64,000 nucleotides of DNA from Bacteroidaceae bacterium (GTDB taxonomy: Bacteria; Bacteroidota; Bacteroidia; Bacteroidales; Bacteroidaceae): positions 6,572 to 70,571 of the forward strand of contig JAGCVH010000054.1 of assembly GCA_017962495.1 (NCBI GenBank), given 5' to 3'. A program made the translations under genes and the position numbers. The first letter of the stretch is position 1. The number at the start of each line of letters is the position of its first letter. This document shows positions 47,470-55,906 of the stretch, in pieces. The notes beneath the pieces were generated by a model. The model worked only from the letters and a program-made list of their open reading frames with translations, had not been told where the DNA came from and ran no database searches.

Positions 47470-47718
47470 CAAAAAAACTTTCATATTTCGGTTTTAAAAT
47501 CTAAATTTATTTTTCAAAATTTTGCTTTTTTTTTGCCGCGTTGCAGAAGGGGGTTAAAAAGGGCGTATTTGGGGGTGTCTTTTATACGCGCGCGCATTAT
47601 AATATAATAATGTATGCTCCCCCGAAAGCTTCTTCAAAAGTAGCCTTATTTGGCGGGTTTAGAAACTTGTATTTTCCTCCTTTTCTCTCTTTTTGGCTTT
47701 CTTTTTCAAGAAAAAGGA

Positions 47719-47806
47719 CGAACGCTTGTTCCCTTTTCGTCGAACCTATGTTCGATGCGCTTCGAACGCTTGTTCGATTGCCTTCGAATATAGGTTCGTT
47801 TTACTT
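47719..47806. repeat. Four-unit 22-bp-phased array of CGAAC-N4-GTTCG palindromic units
   Basis: Units are CGAACGCTTGTTC (47719), CGAACCTATGTTCGA (47741), CGAACGCTTGTTCGA (47763) and CGAATATAGGTTCG (47785). The spacing is exactly 22 bp. Confidence 0.9.
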
Positions 47807-48053
47807 CGTGTTTAGGGGTGCTTGGAGAGATACTTTTATTCGTCAAAAATCGCCCATTTCATCGATAAAAATCATTCTTCTGGATGTGGTGTAACAGAAT
47901 TGCGTCTAAGGTCGGTTCTGATAGGTAAAACCGATGAAATTTGGGTAATTTGGGCTGATAATACCAAAATTTCACGCGCGTATGAGAAGAATTGTGTTTC
48001 TTTGCACTCGTTTTTAAGGAATAAGACATAAAAAGGTAATTTTTTAAGATAAA

Positions 48054-49235
48054 ATGATGAAGAAATTTCTTTTACCGTCACTCGCTTTAATGGGTATGCT
48101 GATGAGTGGTTGTATTGGTGATGAACCCTTGAACGCTGAGTGCGACATCGAAGAAGTAAGCCTAACGATGGCAGATGCTGAAAGCTTTTTCTATCACGAA
48201 TACGATACCTTGCAGGTTGTTTCTTCTGCGGTTGATAGTGTAGGCTTCCTCATAAGATACGATAAGAATGTTGGCGAGTTGCCTCTGAACCTGAAACTGA
48301 CAGTTGGTGCAAAGCCTTATATCATGGAGAATGGTGAATATGTGCCTTTCAAGCAGGGTTCATTGGTGGATTTCTCTAACGAGCAGGTGCGCCATTTCCG
48401 CATTGTTTCTCAGAACGGCAAGTGGGCTCGTTTCTATCGCATCAATATTGTACATGACCAAGCACCAGCAATGGAGCACTTGTTCATGAACATTACTTTC
48501 GATAATTTCGAACTTAACAGCACTGGCAAGTATCATGTATGGTATGGTGTTGAGGAAAATAGCATTAGTTACGACCAATGGGCAACGGGCAATCCTGGCT
48601 TTAATTTGAGTAAGTCGAGTGCCAAGGTTGATGAATACCCGACCGTAGGTATTGAGTCGGGTGGTGTTGATGGCGGTCGTTATGTAAAACTGGAAACTCG
48701 CGACACAGGTGCTTTCGGTCGCATGGTAAACATGCGTTTGGCCGCTGGCAATCTCTTTATTGGAACCTTCGATGTGGCCAATGCCTTGAAGGATGCTATG
48801 GCTGCAACGCGTTTTGGACTTCCTTTCAAACACAAGCCCATAAAGGTGTCGGGTTGGTACAAGTTCAAGGCTGGCGAGCGCTTCCAAGATCGCAAGGGAA
48901 ATGCAGTTGACCGCGTTGACCAACCTGATATTTATTGCGTGATGTATCGCAACCAGAATGCCGAGGGCAATCAAGTGCTTCTTTATGGCGACGACGTGCT
49001 TACCAGCCCCGCCATCGTAGGTCTGGCGCGTATTAGCGGTGTTGTGGAGACTGACGAATGGACAAGTTTTGAGATGTCACTTAACTATAGTAGTGAATTA
49101 GATGCCGATTTGCTGGAGAACAATGGTTATAGCATGACCATCAGCTTTGCCAGCAGTATCGAAGGAGCCTCATTTGAGGGCGCTCCGGGCAGTGTCTTCT
49201 GCGTGGATAATGTGACGATTGAGTGCGAATATTAA
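48054..49235 (+). CDS. Surface lipoprotein with a PCMD-like (putative carbohydrate metabolism) domain
   Basis: Lipoprotein signal (LMGMLMSGC). The C-terminal half resembles the PCMD family (WATGNPGF...AAGNLFIGTFDV...FGLPFKHKPIKVSGWYKF). Confidence 0.6.
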   Translation: MMKKFLLPSLALMGMLMSGCIGDEPLNAECDIEEVSLTMADAESFFYHEYDTLQVVSSAVDSVGFLIRYDKNVGELPLNLKLTVGAKPYIMENGEYVPFKQGSLVDFSNEQVRHFRIVSQNGKWARFYRINIVHDQAPAMEHLFMNITFDNFELNSTGKYHVWYGVEENSISYDQWATGNPGFNLSKSSAKVDEYPTVGIESGGVDGGRYVKLETRDTGAFGRMVNMRLAAGNLFIGTFDVANALKDAMAATRFGLPFKHKPIKVSGWYKFKAGERFQDRKGNAVDRVDQPDIYCVMYRNQNAEGNQVLLYGDDVLTSPAIVGLARISGVVETDEWTSFEMSLNYSSELDADLLENNGYSMTISFASSIEGASFEGAPGSVFCVDNVTIECEY

Positions 49236-49272
49236 ATGGATTGACATAAAACATAGAAGATTGAAGATAGAG

Positions 49273-50055
49273 ATGAGAAAGATAACACTTTTGCTTTTCG
49301 CTATATGCATTGCACTTCCTGCTTTGGCTCAGGAAGACAAGTGGGAAAAGTGGGGACCGACATCGCCCTCACAGGCTGGTTTCCTGGTGCGTGCAGGATA
49401 CACCATCGGTGGTACTACACCCTTACCCCTTCCCAATGAAATCCGTTCCATCAACGAGTTCTCTCCCAAGGGAGGCGCAACTATAGGACTGGACGTGTAT
49501 AAGATGTATTCGCGTCGTTGGGGATTAATGGCCGGCTGGCATTTCTATTACCAAGGATTCCATACGGGTGCTGATGTCAAGAACTACAAGATGTCGCTCA
49601 CGCAAGAGGGTAATACCATGTCGGGCTATTTCACCGGTCGCGATATCACGAATACCGATATGTGGGGTGTGTTGATGCCTGTGATGTTTACCCTCCGCAT
49701 GTCTTCTCGTTGGAACTTAAGTGTTGGTCCGTACCTGTCGCTCTTCTTTAAGAAGCATTTCAAAGGAGAGGTCTATGACAACAAGGACGGCATAGGCTAT
49801 TTGCGTGTCGATGACCCGACAGGCGAGAAGATTAACATCGACCGCGAGAATCCCGCCACCTATAACTTTAGCGACGATATGCGCAATTGGAATGGCGGTA
49901 TGGAGTTCGCATTTGACTTCAAGGCAACACGCCATCTGAACTTGTTTGGCATTCTCGACTGGGGACTTTCAAGCATCTGGAGCAAGGACTTCGAGGCTGT
50001 GGACTTTAAGATGTATCCCATTTATGCAACCGTTGGCGTGGCTTACAGATATTGA
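49273..50055 (+). CDS. Outer-membrane beta-barrel protein
   Basis: The start is at MRKITLLLFAICIALPALAQ. The sequence has an alternating amphipathic strand pattern and a C-terminal aromatic residue (VGVAYRY). Confidence 0.65.
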   Translation: MRKITLLLFAICIALPALAQEDKWEKWGPTSPSQAGFLVRAGYTIGGTTPLPLPNEIRSINEFSPKGGATIGLDVYKMYSRRWGLMAGWHFYYQGFHTGADVKNYKMSLTQEGNTMSGYFTGRDITNTDMWGVLMPVMFTLRMSSRWNLSVGPYLSLFFKKHFKGEVYDNKDGIGYLRVDDPTGEKINIDRENPATYNFSDDMRNWNGGMEFAFDFKATRHLNLFGILDWGLSSIWSKDFEAVDFKMYPIYATVGVAYRY

Positions 50056-50095
50056 TTTATTTAAATGGAAAATTGATAAAGAATAACTGATAATT

Positions 50096-51733
50096 ATGAA
50101 GAAACTTTTACTTATTGCAATTACTGCCCTGACGAGCCTTGTGGCTATGGCAGAGACGAAGACGTTTACAGACCAACTGACCGTTTCGGTCAATGGAGAA
50201 AGCAGTACTCAACAAGCAACCGTGATGGTTGAGGATTTGGGTAATGGTAACATCAATTTCCGATTACCCAATTTTGTACTTGTGGCAACAAGTGAAGACC
50301 CTGAAACTGGCGAGGTCACAGAGGCAAAGATGGGTGTCGGCAACATAGTTGTCGATAATCTACCTTTGACTAAAGGTGACAACTATAACTACTTTGAGTA
50401 CAGTGGCGATTTGATGATAACAGAAGGTGATATGGAGGGAGTTGATATGTGGATTGGCCCAATGATAAGTCCTATTCCTTTGGTCCTTACTGGTAAGATT
50501 ACCAACGATAAGGTTTATGTCAATATCGATATAGATATGATGGCAACGTTGGAACAGATTATTCATGTTGAATTTGGTAAAGATTTGGTTGAAGAGAAAG
50601 TTTTTAAGGATAAGTTGCTAGTAAGTGTAAATGAAGAAAGTAGTACACAAGATGCAACGGTTATTGTTCAATATCCTCTTGTGATGAACAATGAAGATCC
50701 TCAATCTATTAATTTCCGATTACCCAATTTTGTGTTGGTTGCAACAAGCGAAGACCCTGAAACTGGCGAGGTTACAGAAGCAAAGATGGGTGTCGGCAAT
50801 ATTATTATTGATAATCTTCCTTTGACTGCAGGAAAAGGTTTTGATACTTTTTCATTCCAAGGAGACTTGATGATAACTGAGGGAGATATGGAAGGAGTTG
50901 ATATGTGGATTGGCCCAATGATAAGCCCTATTCCTTTAGTCTTGACGGGTAAGATTACTGATGATAAGGTGTATGTCAACATCGACATTGACATGATGGC
51001 GACATTGGGTCAGATCATTCATGTGGAATTTGGTCAAGACATTAAGCCTTCATACACCGTTACCTATGCCATCGATGGTGAGACCATTGCCACCGAGCAG
51101 GTAGAGGAGGGCGGAACCGTAACCTTGCCTGAGGCACCTGAGAAGGAAGGCTATACCTTTGCAGGTTGGACGGGTGTTCCCGAGACTGTTACCAATGATG
51201 TAACGATAACCGGTTCATATAATATCAACCATTATACCGTAACTTATGTTATCGATGGAACAACTGTTGGAACAGAAGAAGTTGAGTATAATGGCACTCC
51301 CTCTGCCCCAGAAGCTCCTGAGAAAGAAGGCCACACCTTTGCCGGTTGGACTGGTCTTCCCGAGAAAGTAACTGCCGATGTCACTGTTACTGGTTCGTAC
51401 ACTGTTAACACCTATACTGTTTACTACAAGGTTGATGGTCGTGTGGTTTATAGCGAAGAAGTTGCTTATGGCAATCCTATTCCCAACTTCACCATTACGC
51501 CTGAGAGTGACGATCGTTATACCCGTACTTTCGAAGGATGGGATGGTGAGAAGTATGACACGATGCCTGCTCACGATGTTACTTATGAGGCCATCATCTC
51601 TGTCGTTGACGGTATTGAGTCAATTCACAATTCACAGTTCTCTAATGAGGTTTATGACCTCAGTGGCCGTCGTGTAAGCCAAACAAAGAAGGGCTTGTAC
51701 ATCAAGAACGGTCGTGTAGTAGTATTGAAATAA
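50096..51733 (+). CDS. T9SS-sorted surface protein: two tandem calycin/lipocalin-like domains, three Listeria-Bacteroides (InlB B-type) repeats and a CTD
   Basis: Signal peptide present. Residues ~24-162 and ~170-312 are near-identical copies. There are three YTVTY..DG....E.V..G......P.KEG(Y/H)TFAGW repeats. The C-terminus (VYDLSGRRVSQTKKGLYIKNGRVVVLK) is a T9SS CTD. Confidence 0.75.
   Translation: MKKLLLIAITALTSLVAMAETKTFTDQLTVSVNGESSTQQATVMVEDLGNGNINFRLPNFVLVATSEDPETGEVTEAKMGVGNIVVDNLPLTKGDNYNYFEYSGDLMITEGDMEGVDMWIGPMISPIPLVLTGKITNDKVYVNIDIDMMATLEQIIHVEFGKDLVEEKVFKDKLLVSVNEESSTQDATVIVQYPLVMNNEDPQSINFRLPNFVLVATSEDPETGEVTEAKMGVGNIIIDNLPLTAGKGFDTFSFQGDLMITEGDMEGVDMWIGPMISPIPLVLTGKITDDKVYVNIDIDMMATLGQIIHVEFGQDIKPSYTVTYAIDGETIATEQVEEGGTVTLPEAPEKEGYTFAGWTGVPETVTNDVTITGSYNINHYTVTYVIDGTTVGTEEVEYNGTPSAPEAPEKEGHTFAGWTGLPEKVTADVTVTGSYTVNTYTVYYKVDGRVVYSEEVAYGNPIPNFTITPESDDRYTRTFEGWDGEKYDTMPAHDVTYEAIISVVDGIESIHNSQFSNEVYDLSGRRVSQTKKGLYIKNGRVVVLK
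50165..51031 (+). repeat. Intragenic tandem duplication (two ~420-bp copies)
   Basis: 50165-50581 versus 50603-51031. There are long identical runs, for example AATTTCCGATTACCCAATTTTGT and GTTGATATGTGGATTGGCCCAATGATAAG. The differences are mostly at third codon positions. Confidence 0.9.
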
Positions 51734-51830
51734 TCTGATATAAGGTAAAACCTGTCCGTCGTTTATCATAAATTTTGGTAAAGGTGGCAGGTTTTACCAT
51801 TATGTTTGAACCCGTTTACGCGTAATGGCG

Positions 51831-51838
51831 TATCTTTG
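51831..51838 (+). promoter_or_regulatory. Bacteroidetes -7 promoter box (TAnnTTTG) for the PCMD/dockerin-like gene
   Basis: TATCTTTG, 43 nt upstream of the ATG at 51882. It follows an 11-bp inverted repeat (51744-51754 / 51788-51798). Confidence 0.5.
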
Positions 51839-51881
51839 CAATAGTTTTTAAGGTATTTAGTAATCGAAAAATCAAGTAATT

Positions 51882-53279
51882 ATGAAAAAGCTGTTTACAT
51901 TCATAGCAGTAATATGCCTTGCCCTCAATGCAAGTGCACAGTATCAGGTGGAGAATTCGGATTTCGAGAAGTGGACAGCCTCTTCCGGTGAACCTGATCA
52001 TTGGCATGGGTTTAAAAGCGCAAAGGGAGGTTTTGCTTATATGGCGCAAGGGAAGTTAGCTTCTTCTACCGACGTACGCCCTGGTACAACTGGAACAAAA
52101 AGTGCTTTGATTACCTCTGGTTCTGTGTTGGGTATCATTAATAACGGAACATTCACTACTGGACAGTTGGCTGCCGCAAACATGAGTGCGGCAAATACCG
52201 CTAATAATGCCCAGATGGATAAATCCAGTTCTGCAACAGATAATAATGGTGAGAAGTTTTATATGCCCCTATCTGGTCATCCCGATGCGGTGAAGGTGTG
52301 GATAAAGTTTTCGCAGGGTAGTACAAATGCTGACCATCCTTATGCAAGTGCAAATGCCGTCATCTTCGATGGCAGTTATTATCAGGATCCTGAAGATAAG
52401 ACATATACTAATAAGGTAGCGATGGCAAAAAATAACCGAATAACAGTGTGCGGTTGGACGGAGTTGACAATTCCATTTGACTACGAAAGCTATAAGGATA
52501 ATGTAGGCGTAACAAATTACAATAATGCTGGCGGAGCTATATTAGTAACTTTTGGAACAAATGCTGATCCTGGTCAAGGTAGTAATGGTGATAAGGTTTG
52601 GGTGGATGATATGGAGCTTCTTTATTATAGCGAGCTTGCTTCTGCTACATACAATGGAAATGCCATTTCGTTCAATGGAACTTCGGCTACTGTCAATGAA
52701 TATTATGATGCTAGCAAGCTGAACATTACCTCTAATGGACATGGTGCAAAGGTTGAAACCAGCATGGATGAATCCAAGCAGTTGTTGACTGTTACCATCA
52801 AGGGCGATAATATCAGTGAAGATGCTAATAATTTCCATACTTATACCATCCAATTCAAGCAGTATGGATATGACCTTTTAAGTCTTGCATACAATGGCGT
52901 AGCCATCACGGGATATGAACAAGATGGCGATGCAATAGACGTGGTATTGGATGAAGCATTTGATATAAACAAGTTGACCTATACCCTTAGCGAATATGCC
53001 GAGCCCACGTTTGAGTATGACGAAGAGACGGGCTTCTTGGCAATTACCGTTACGAGCAAGACTGGTAGTAGTTCAGAATATGACTTTAATATATATCGTC
53101 GTGGCGACATAAACAACGATAGTCAAGTGTCAATTGCAGACGTAACAAGTTTGGTTAATATAATATTGGGTAAGCAACCCGATTACAAAATGCTTGTTGT
53201 CGACGTTAACGGTGATGAAGGCGTATCTATCGCCGACGTTACAGCACTTGTTAACATCATTCTGGGTAAGACCAACTAA
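51882..53279 (+). CDS. Secreted PCMD-like domain protein with a C-terminal dockerin-like double EF-hand module
   Basis: Signal peptide present. The N-terminus (QYQVENSDFEKW...EPDHW) is PCMD-like. The last 60 aa contain two copies of D(I/V)N(N/G)D..VSIADVT.LVNIILGK. Confidence 0.65.
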   Translation: MKKLFTFIAVICLALNASAQYQVENSDFEKWTASSGEPDHWHGFKSAKGGFAYMAQGKLASSTDVRPGTTGTKSALITSGSVLGIINNGTFTTGQLAAANMSAANTANNAQMDKSSSATDNNGEKFYMPLSGHPDAVKVWIKFSQGSTNADHPYASANAVIFDGSYYQDPEDKTYTNKVAMAKNNRITVCGWTELTIPFDYESYKDNVGVTNYNNAGGAILVTFGTNADPGQGSNGDKVWVDDMELLYYSELASATYNGNAISFNGTSATVNEYYDASKLNITSNGHGAKVETSMDESKQLLTVTIKGDNISEDANNFHTYTIQFKQYGYDLLSLAYNGVAITGYEQDGDAIDVVLDEAFDINKLTYTLSEYAEPTFEYDEETGFLAITVTSKTGSSSEYDFNIYRRGDINNDSQVSIADVTSLVNIILGKQPDYKMLVVDVNGDEGVSIADVTALVNIILGKTN

Positions 53280-53303
53280 GAACAAAGAATAACTACTAAA
53301 AAA

Positions 53304-53337
53304 GCAGTAACCTTTTTGTGGGGTTGCTGCTTTTTTG
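53304..53337 (+). terminator. Rho-independent terminator after the dockerin-like protein gene
   Basis: 9-bp stem GCAGTAACC/GGTTGCTGC (one G-U pair) is followed by TTTTTT. Confidence 0.7.
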
Positions 53338-53345
53338 TATTTTTG
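53338..53345 (+). promoter_or_regulatory. Bacteroidetes -7 promoter box (TAnnTTTG) for the membrane AraC-type regulator
   Basis: TATTTTTG, 25 nt upstream of the ATG at 53371. Confidence 0.5.
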
Positions 53346-53370
53346 CAGGCAGAATAAATATTGTTTGCTC

Positions 53371-54477
53371 ATGATTTCACCTCAGACGACGCTGATAATC
53401 CTGCTTTGCTGCAGTGTGGCACACTTTGTCATAGCGATGGTTATGGCATTGTTTGCCCGCCATCAGGTGAAGTATCTGGCCATAGCATGGATTATGGGCA
53501 TCTTTGCAACGTCGATGTTGGCAGTAAGCCTATTGTCGGAGATGATAGCCAACGGGCAACCAGGCATGTTGCATCCCTATGCCTTGTTGGCGGTAATGGC
53601 CATTAGTTACCTACAGAGTATCTATCCGTTAAGCATCCCTATGCCGGGTTATCTGCAATGGGGTCGCATGTGGCGTTATGCCTTGCCTGCAATCGCCCTC
53701 ATCCTCATTTATTTAGGGGCAGTCATGTTAGGCAGCAAGTCTGTCATCATCAGGGATGTTGACGACATCCGTCAGCATTTGCTTTCCGGTGATATGCTAT
53801 TACGTTTGGCCATGATGCTTACCAGTTTCTGGTACATTATCAACATCTTCCGCCTGCCCCATCGCCTCACACACGTCGAGTTCCCTCGTTATCTGGTGGG
53901 TTACAGCACGTTGGTAGGCCTTAGCGTCATTTTCTACCTTGTGGTGGCTGTCGATTACGATGCTCGCCTGATTATGGTCTATATCATCATCTTTACTTTG
54001 CTGAACCTTTATCTTTGTTTCCGCACATTGGAGACTACGGCTTTGGAATTGCCCAAACCCGTGATTCAGGAGGTGGAGACGGCGCCTACCGACGAGGAGA
54101 TGCAAAAGGCCGAGGACGACTTTAACGAAGCCAATCGTCATCGATTCCAGCGCGTGGAGTTCTGGATGCAGAACAATGGTGCAAGTTGGACGGATTCTAC
54201 CTTCAACCGCGACCAGCTTTGTCGCGAGACAGGCCTTAATAGGCACTTGTTGTTGCAGTGCGTTCGAAGTCAGGGATATAATAATGTACACGACTACATC
54301 AATAGCTATCGCCTGGAGGAACTGAAGCGACGCATCTGTCGTGGTCAAGTTTCCACGTTGACCGAATGTCTGGATGCAGGCTTTGGCACGGTTAAGACGG
54401 TTCGCTCTTGCTTCCTGAAACTCGATGGCATAACTCTTGACCAATACCTTCGCGAGCATTCGTCGTGGAGGGCATAG
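53371..54477 (+). CDS. Polytopic membrane protein with a C-terminal AraC-family HTH domain
   Basis: The start is at MISPQTTLIILLC. About 7 TM helices are followed by an AraC-type HTH (FNRDQLCRETGLNRHLLLQCVRSQGYNNVHDYINSYRLEE). Confidence 0.75.
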   Translation: MISPQTTLIILLCCSVAHFVIAMVMALFARHQVKYLAIAWIMGIFATSMLAVSLLSEMIANGQPGMLHPYALLAVMAISYLQSIYPLSIPMPGYLQWGRMWRYALPAIALILIYLGAVMLGSKSVIIRDVDDIRQHLLSGDMLLRLAMMLTSFWYIINIFRLPHRLTHVEFPRYLVGYSTLVGLSVIFYLVVAVDYDARLIMVYIIIFTLLNLYLCFRTLETTALELPKPVIQEVETAPTDEEMQKAEDDFNEANRHRFQRVEFWMQNNGASWTDSTFNRDQLCRETGLNRHLLLQCVRSQGYNNVHDYINSYRLEELKRRICRGQVSTLTECLDAGFGTVKTVRSCFLKLDGITLDQYLREHSSWRA

Positions 54478-54496
54478 GCCATAGGCCTTCCTTCAT

Positions 54497-54597
54497 CGAA
54501 CCTAAGTTCAACCATCCTCGAACCTAGGTTCATTTGCCATCGAACGCTTGTTCAATCGTCATCGAACCTAAGGCCTTTCGAGATAAGCCTTAAGGCT
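54497..54597. repeat. Four-unit 22-bp-phased array of CGAAC-N4-GTTCA palindromic units plus a terminal palindrome
   Basis: CGAAC starts at 54497, 54519, 54541 and 54563, in exact 22-bp steps. AGCCTTAAGGCT at 54586-54597 is a perfect palindrome. Confidence 0.9.
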
Positions 54598-54693
54598 AAC
54601 GCTCAGCATGCCAGTGGATAAGGATGAATATTCATAAAACTGCACAAAGTGCAATTTCTACCAAATTTATTTGTACATTTCCGTTTTTTATGG

Positions 54694-54701
54694 TATTTTT
54701 G
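54694..54701 (+). promoter_or_regulatory. Bacteroidetes -7 promoter box (TAnnTTTG) for the small ORF-glsA-glsB operon
   Basis: TATTTTTG, 22 nt upstream of the ATG at 54724. Confidence 0.5.
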
Positions 54702-54723
54702 CGCTTAAGTTTAATTTGGCTTA

Positions 54724-55089
54724 ATGTGCATGTATAACACACGCCCTTTCTTTCGCAGTATTGCGCTTGTCATCCTGATGCTGACAGGCACGTCGACGAT
54801 GGCCGATAGGCAGGAGGTTCGCCAGATGGCAAAGGACTCGCTTACGGTGGTCACTACTTCGTGGCAGGAGACGCCTTCGTCTCGTATGGCTCATAGTGCC
54901 TATCCCGTGAAATTGATGGTAAAGGGACAAAGCTTGCGCATTACGTCAAAGCACGAGCAGGTTCTTCCTATCTACACGCAAGGCGGAGTGCTGTATCTGG
55001 CAATGCAACTGACCCCTGGCGTGAACTGGCTCAATGGTCTGCCCCGTGGTCGCTATCGCATCAATAACCGCACTATTCGCATCAAGTGA
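54724..55089 (+). CDS. Small secreted protein; its C-terminal half resembles a T9SS CTD-like beta-sandwich
   Basis: 121 aa with a signal-peptide-like N-terminus. LPIYTQGGVLYLAMQLTPGVNWLNGLPRGRYRINNRTIRI resembles a sorting-domain pattern. It overlaps glsA by 4 nt (ATGA). Confidence 0.5.
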   Translation: MCMYNTRPFFRSIALVILMLTGTSTMADRQEVRQMAKDSLTVVTTSWQETPSSRMAHSAYPVKLMVKGQSLRITSKHEQVLPIYTQGGVLYLAMQLTPGVNWLNGLPRGRYRINNRTIRIK

Positions 55090-55901
55090 TGGACTCTAAA
55101 ATCGAGGAGATAGACATAGAGGCTATTGTCAAGGCACGTGCAGGTAAGAACGCCAAGTTCATTCCACACTTTGTCTATTCATGGCTCAAGCGATTGATCC
55201 ATCAGGATTTCATCAACACCTATCTAAAGCGGGGTCACGAGGGTGTGGACTTCTGTGAGGGCGTCATCGACTATCTGGGTGTGACGGTTGATGTGGAAGG
55301 CGAGGAGAATCTGCCCACCGCCGAAGAAGGCTTTTGTACTTTTGTATCGAACCATCCCCTTGGCGCGATCGACGGCGTGACCTTGGGCGCTGTCTTAGGA
55401 CGGAGGTACGACGGACAAATCAAATATTTGGTCAACGATTTCCTCATGAACCTGAAGGGTTTAGCACCCTTGTGCGTACCCATCAACAAGATTGGTAATC
55501 AGGCACGCAACCTGCCCGAGATGGTGGAGCAGATATTTTCCGGACAGAATCATGTCATCATGTTTCCTGCTGGATTGTGCAGTCGTCGCATCGATGGGGT
55601 AGTGCAGGACCTGCCTTGGAGCAAGTCTTTCATCATTAAGAGCCGTAAGCATCACCGTCCAGTCGTGCCCATCCACTTCATCGGACACAATTCCAATCGC
55701 TTTTATCGCGTAGCCAATTTTTGTAAGCGCTTCCACTTACCCAACTTCGCGATGGCGCTTCTGCCCGATGAGATGTATCGCAGTCAGGGCGGACACTATT
55801 CCGTCCGTATCGGCAAACCTATTCCCTGGGAGACATTCGACAAGGAAAAAACACCGATGGAATGGGCAAATTTTGTTAGAGAACAGGTGTATAATCTATA
55901 G
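55086..55901 (+). CDS. glsA: Lysophospholipid-type O-acyltransferase, glycine-lipid pathway GlsA-like
   Basis: 271 aa with an acyltransferase motif (NHPLGAIDG). It is adjacent to the OlsB-like N-acyltransferase, as in the Bacteroides glsA/glsB pair. Confidence 0.7.
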   Translation: MMDSKIEEIDIEAIVKARAGKNAKFIPHFVYSWLKRLIHQDFINTYLKRGHEGVDFCEGVIDYLGVTVDVEGEENLPTAEEGFCTFVSNHPLGAIDGVTLGAVLGRRYDGQIKYLVNDFLMNLKGLAPLCVPINKIGNQARNLPEMVEQIFSGQNHVIMFPAGLCSRRIDGVVQDLPWSKSFIIKSRKHHRPVVPIHFIGHNSNRFYRVANFCKRFHLPNFAMALLPDEMYRSQGGHYSVRIGKPIPWETFDKEKTPMEWANFVREQVYNL

Positions 55902-55906
55902 CATAT

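Noticed and set aside
47541-47894. 117-aa plus-strand ORF in the rsmH upstream spacer
   Set aside because: It reads straight through the 22-bp-phased palindromic array and AT-rich promoter sequence. Its composition is implausible and it has no start context.
50165-51031. Possibility that the tandem copies are a DGR template/variable repeat pair
   Set aside because: The differences are not adenine-specific and are mostly synonymous. Both copies are in-frame parts of one CDS, and no reverse transcriptase is present in the window.
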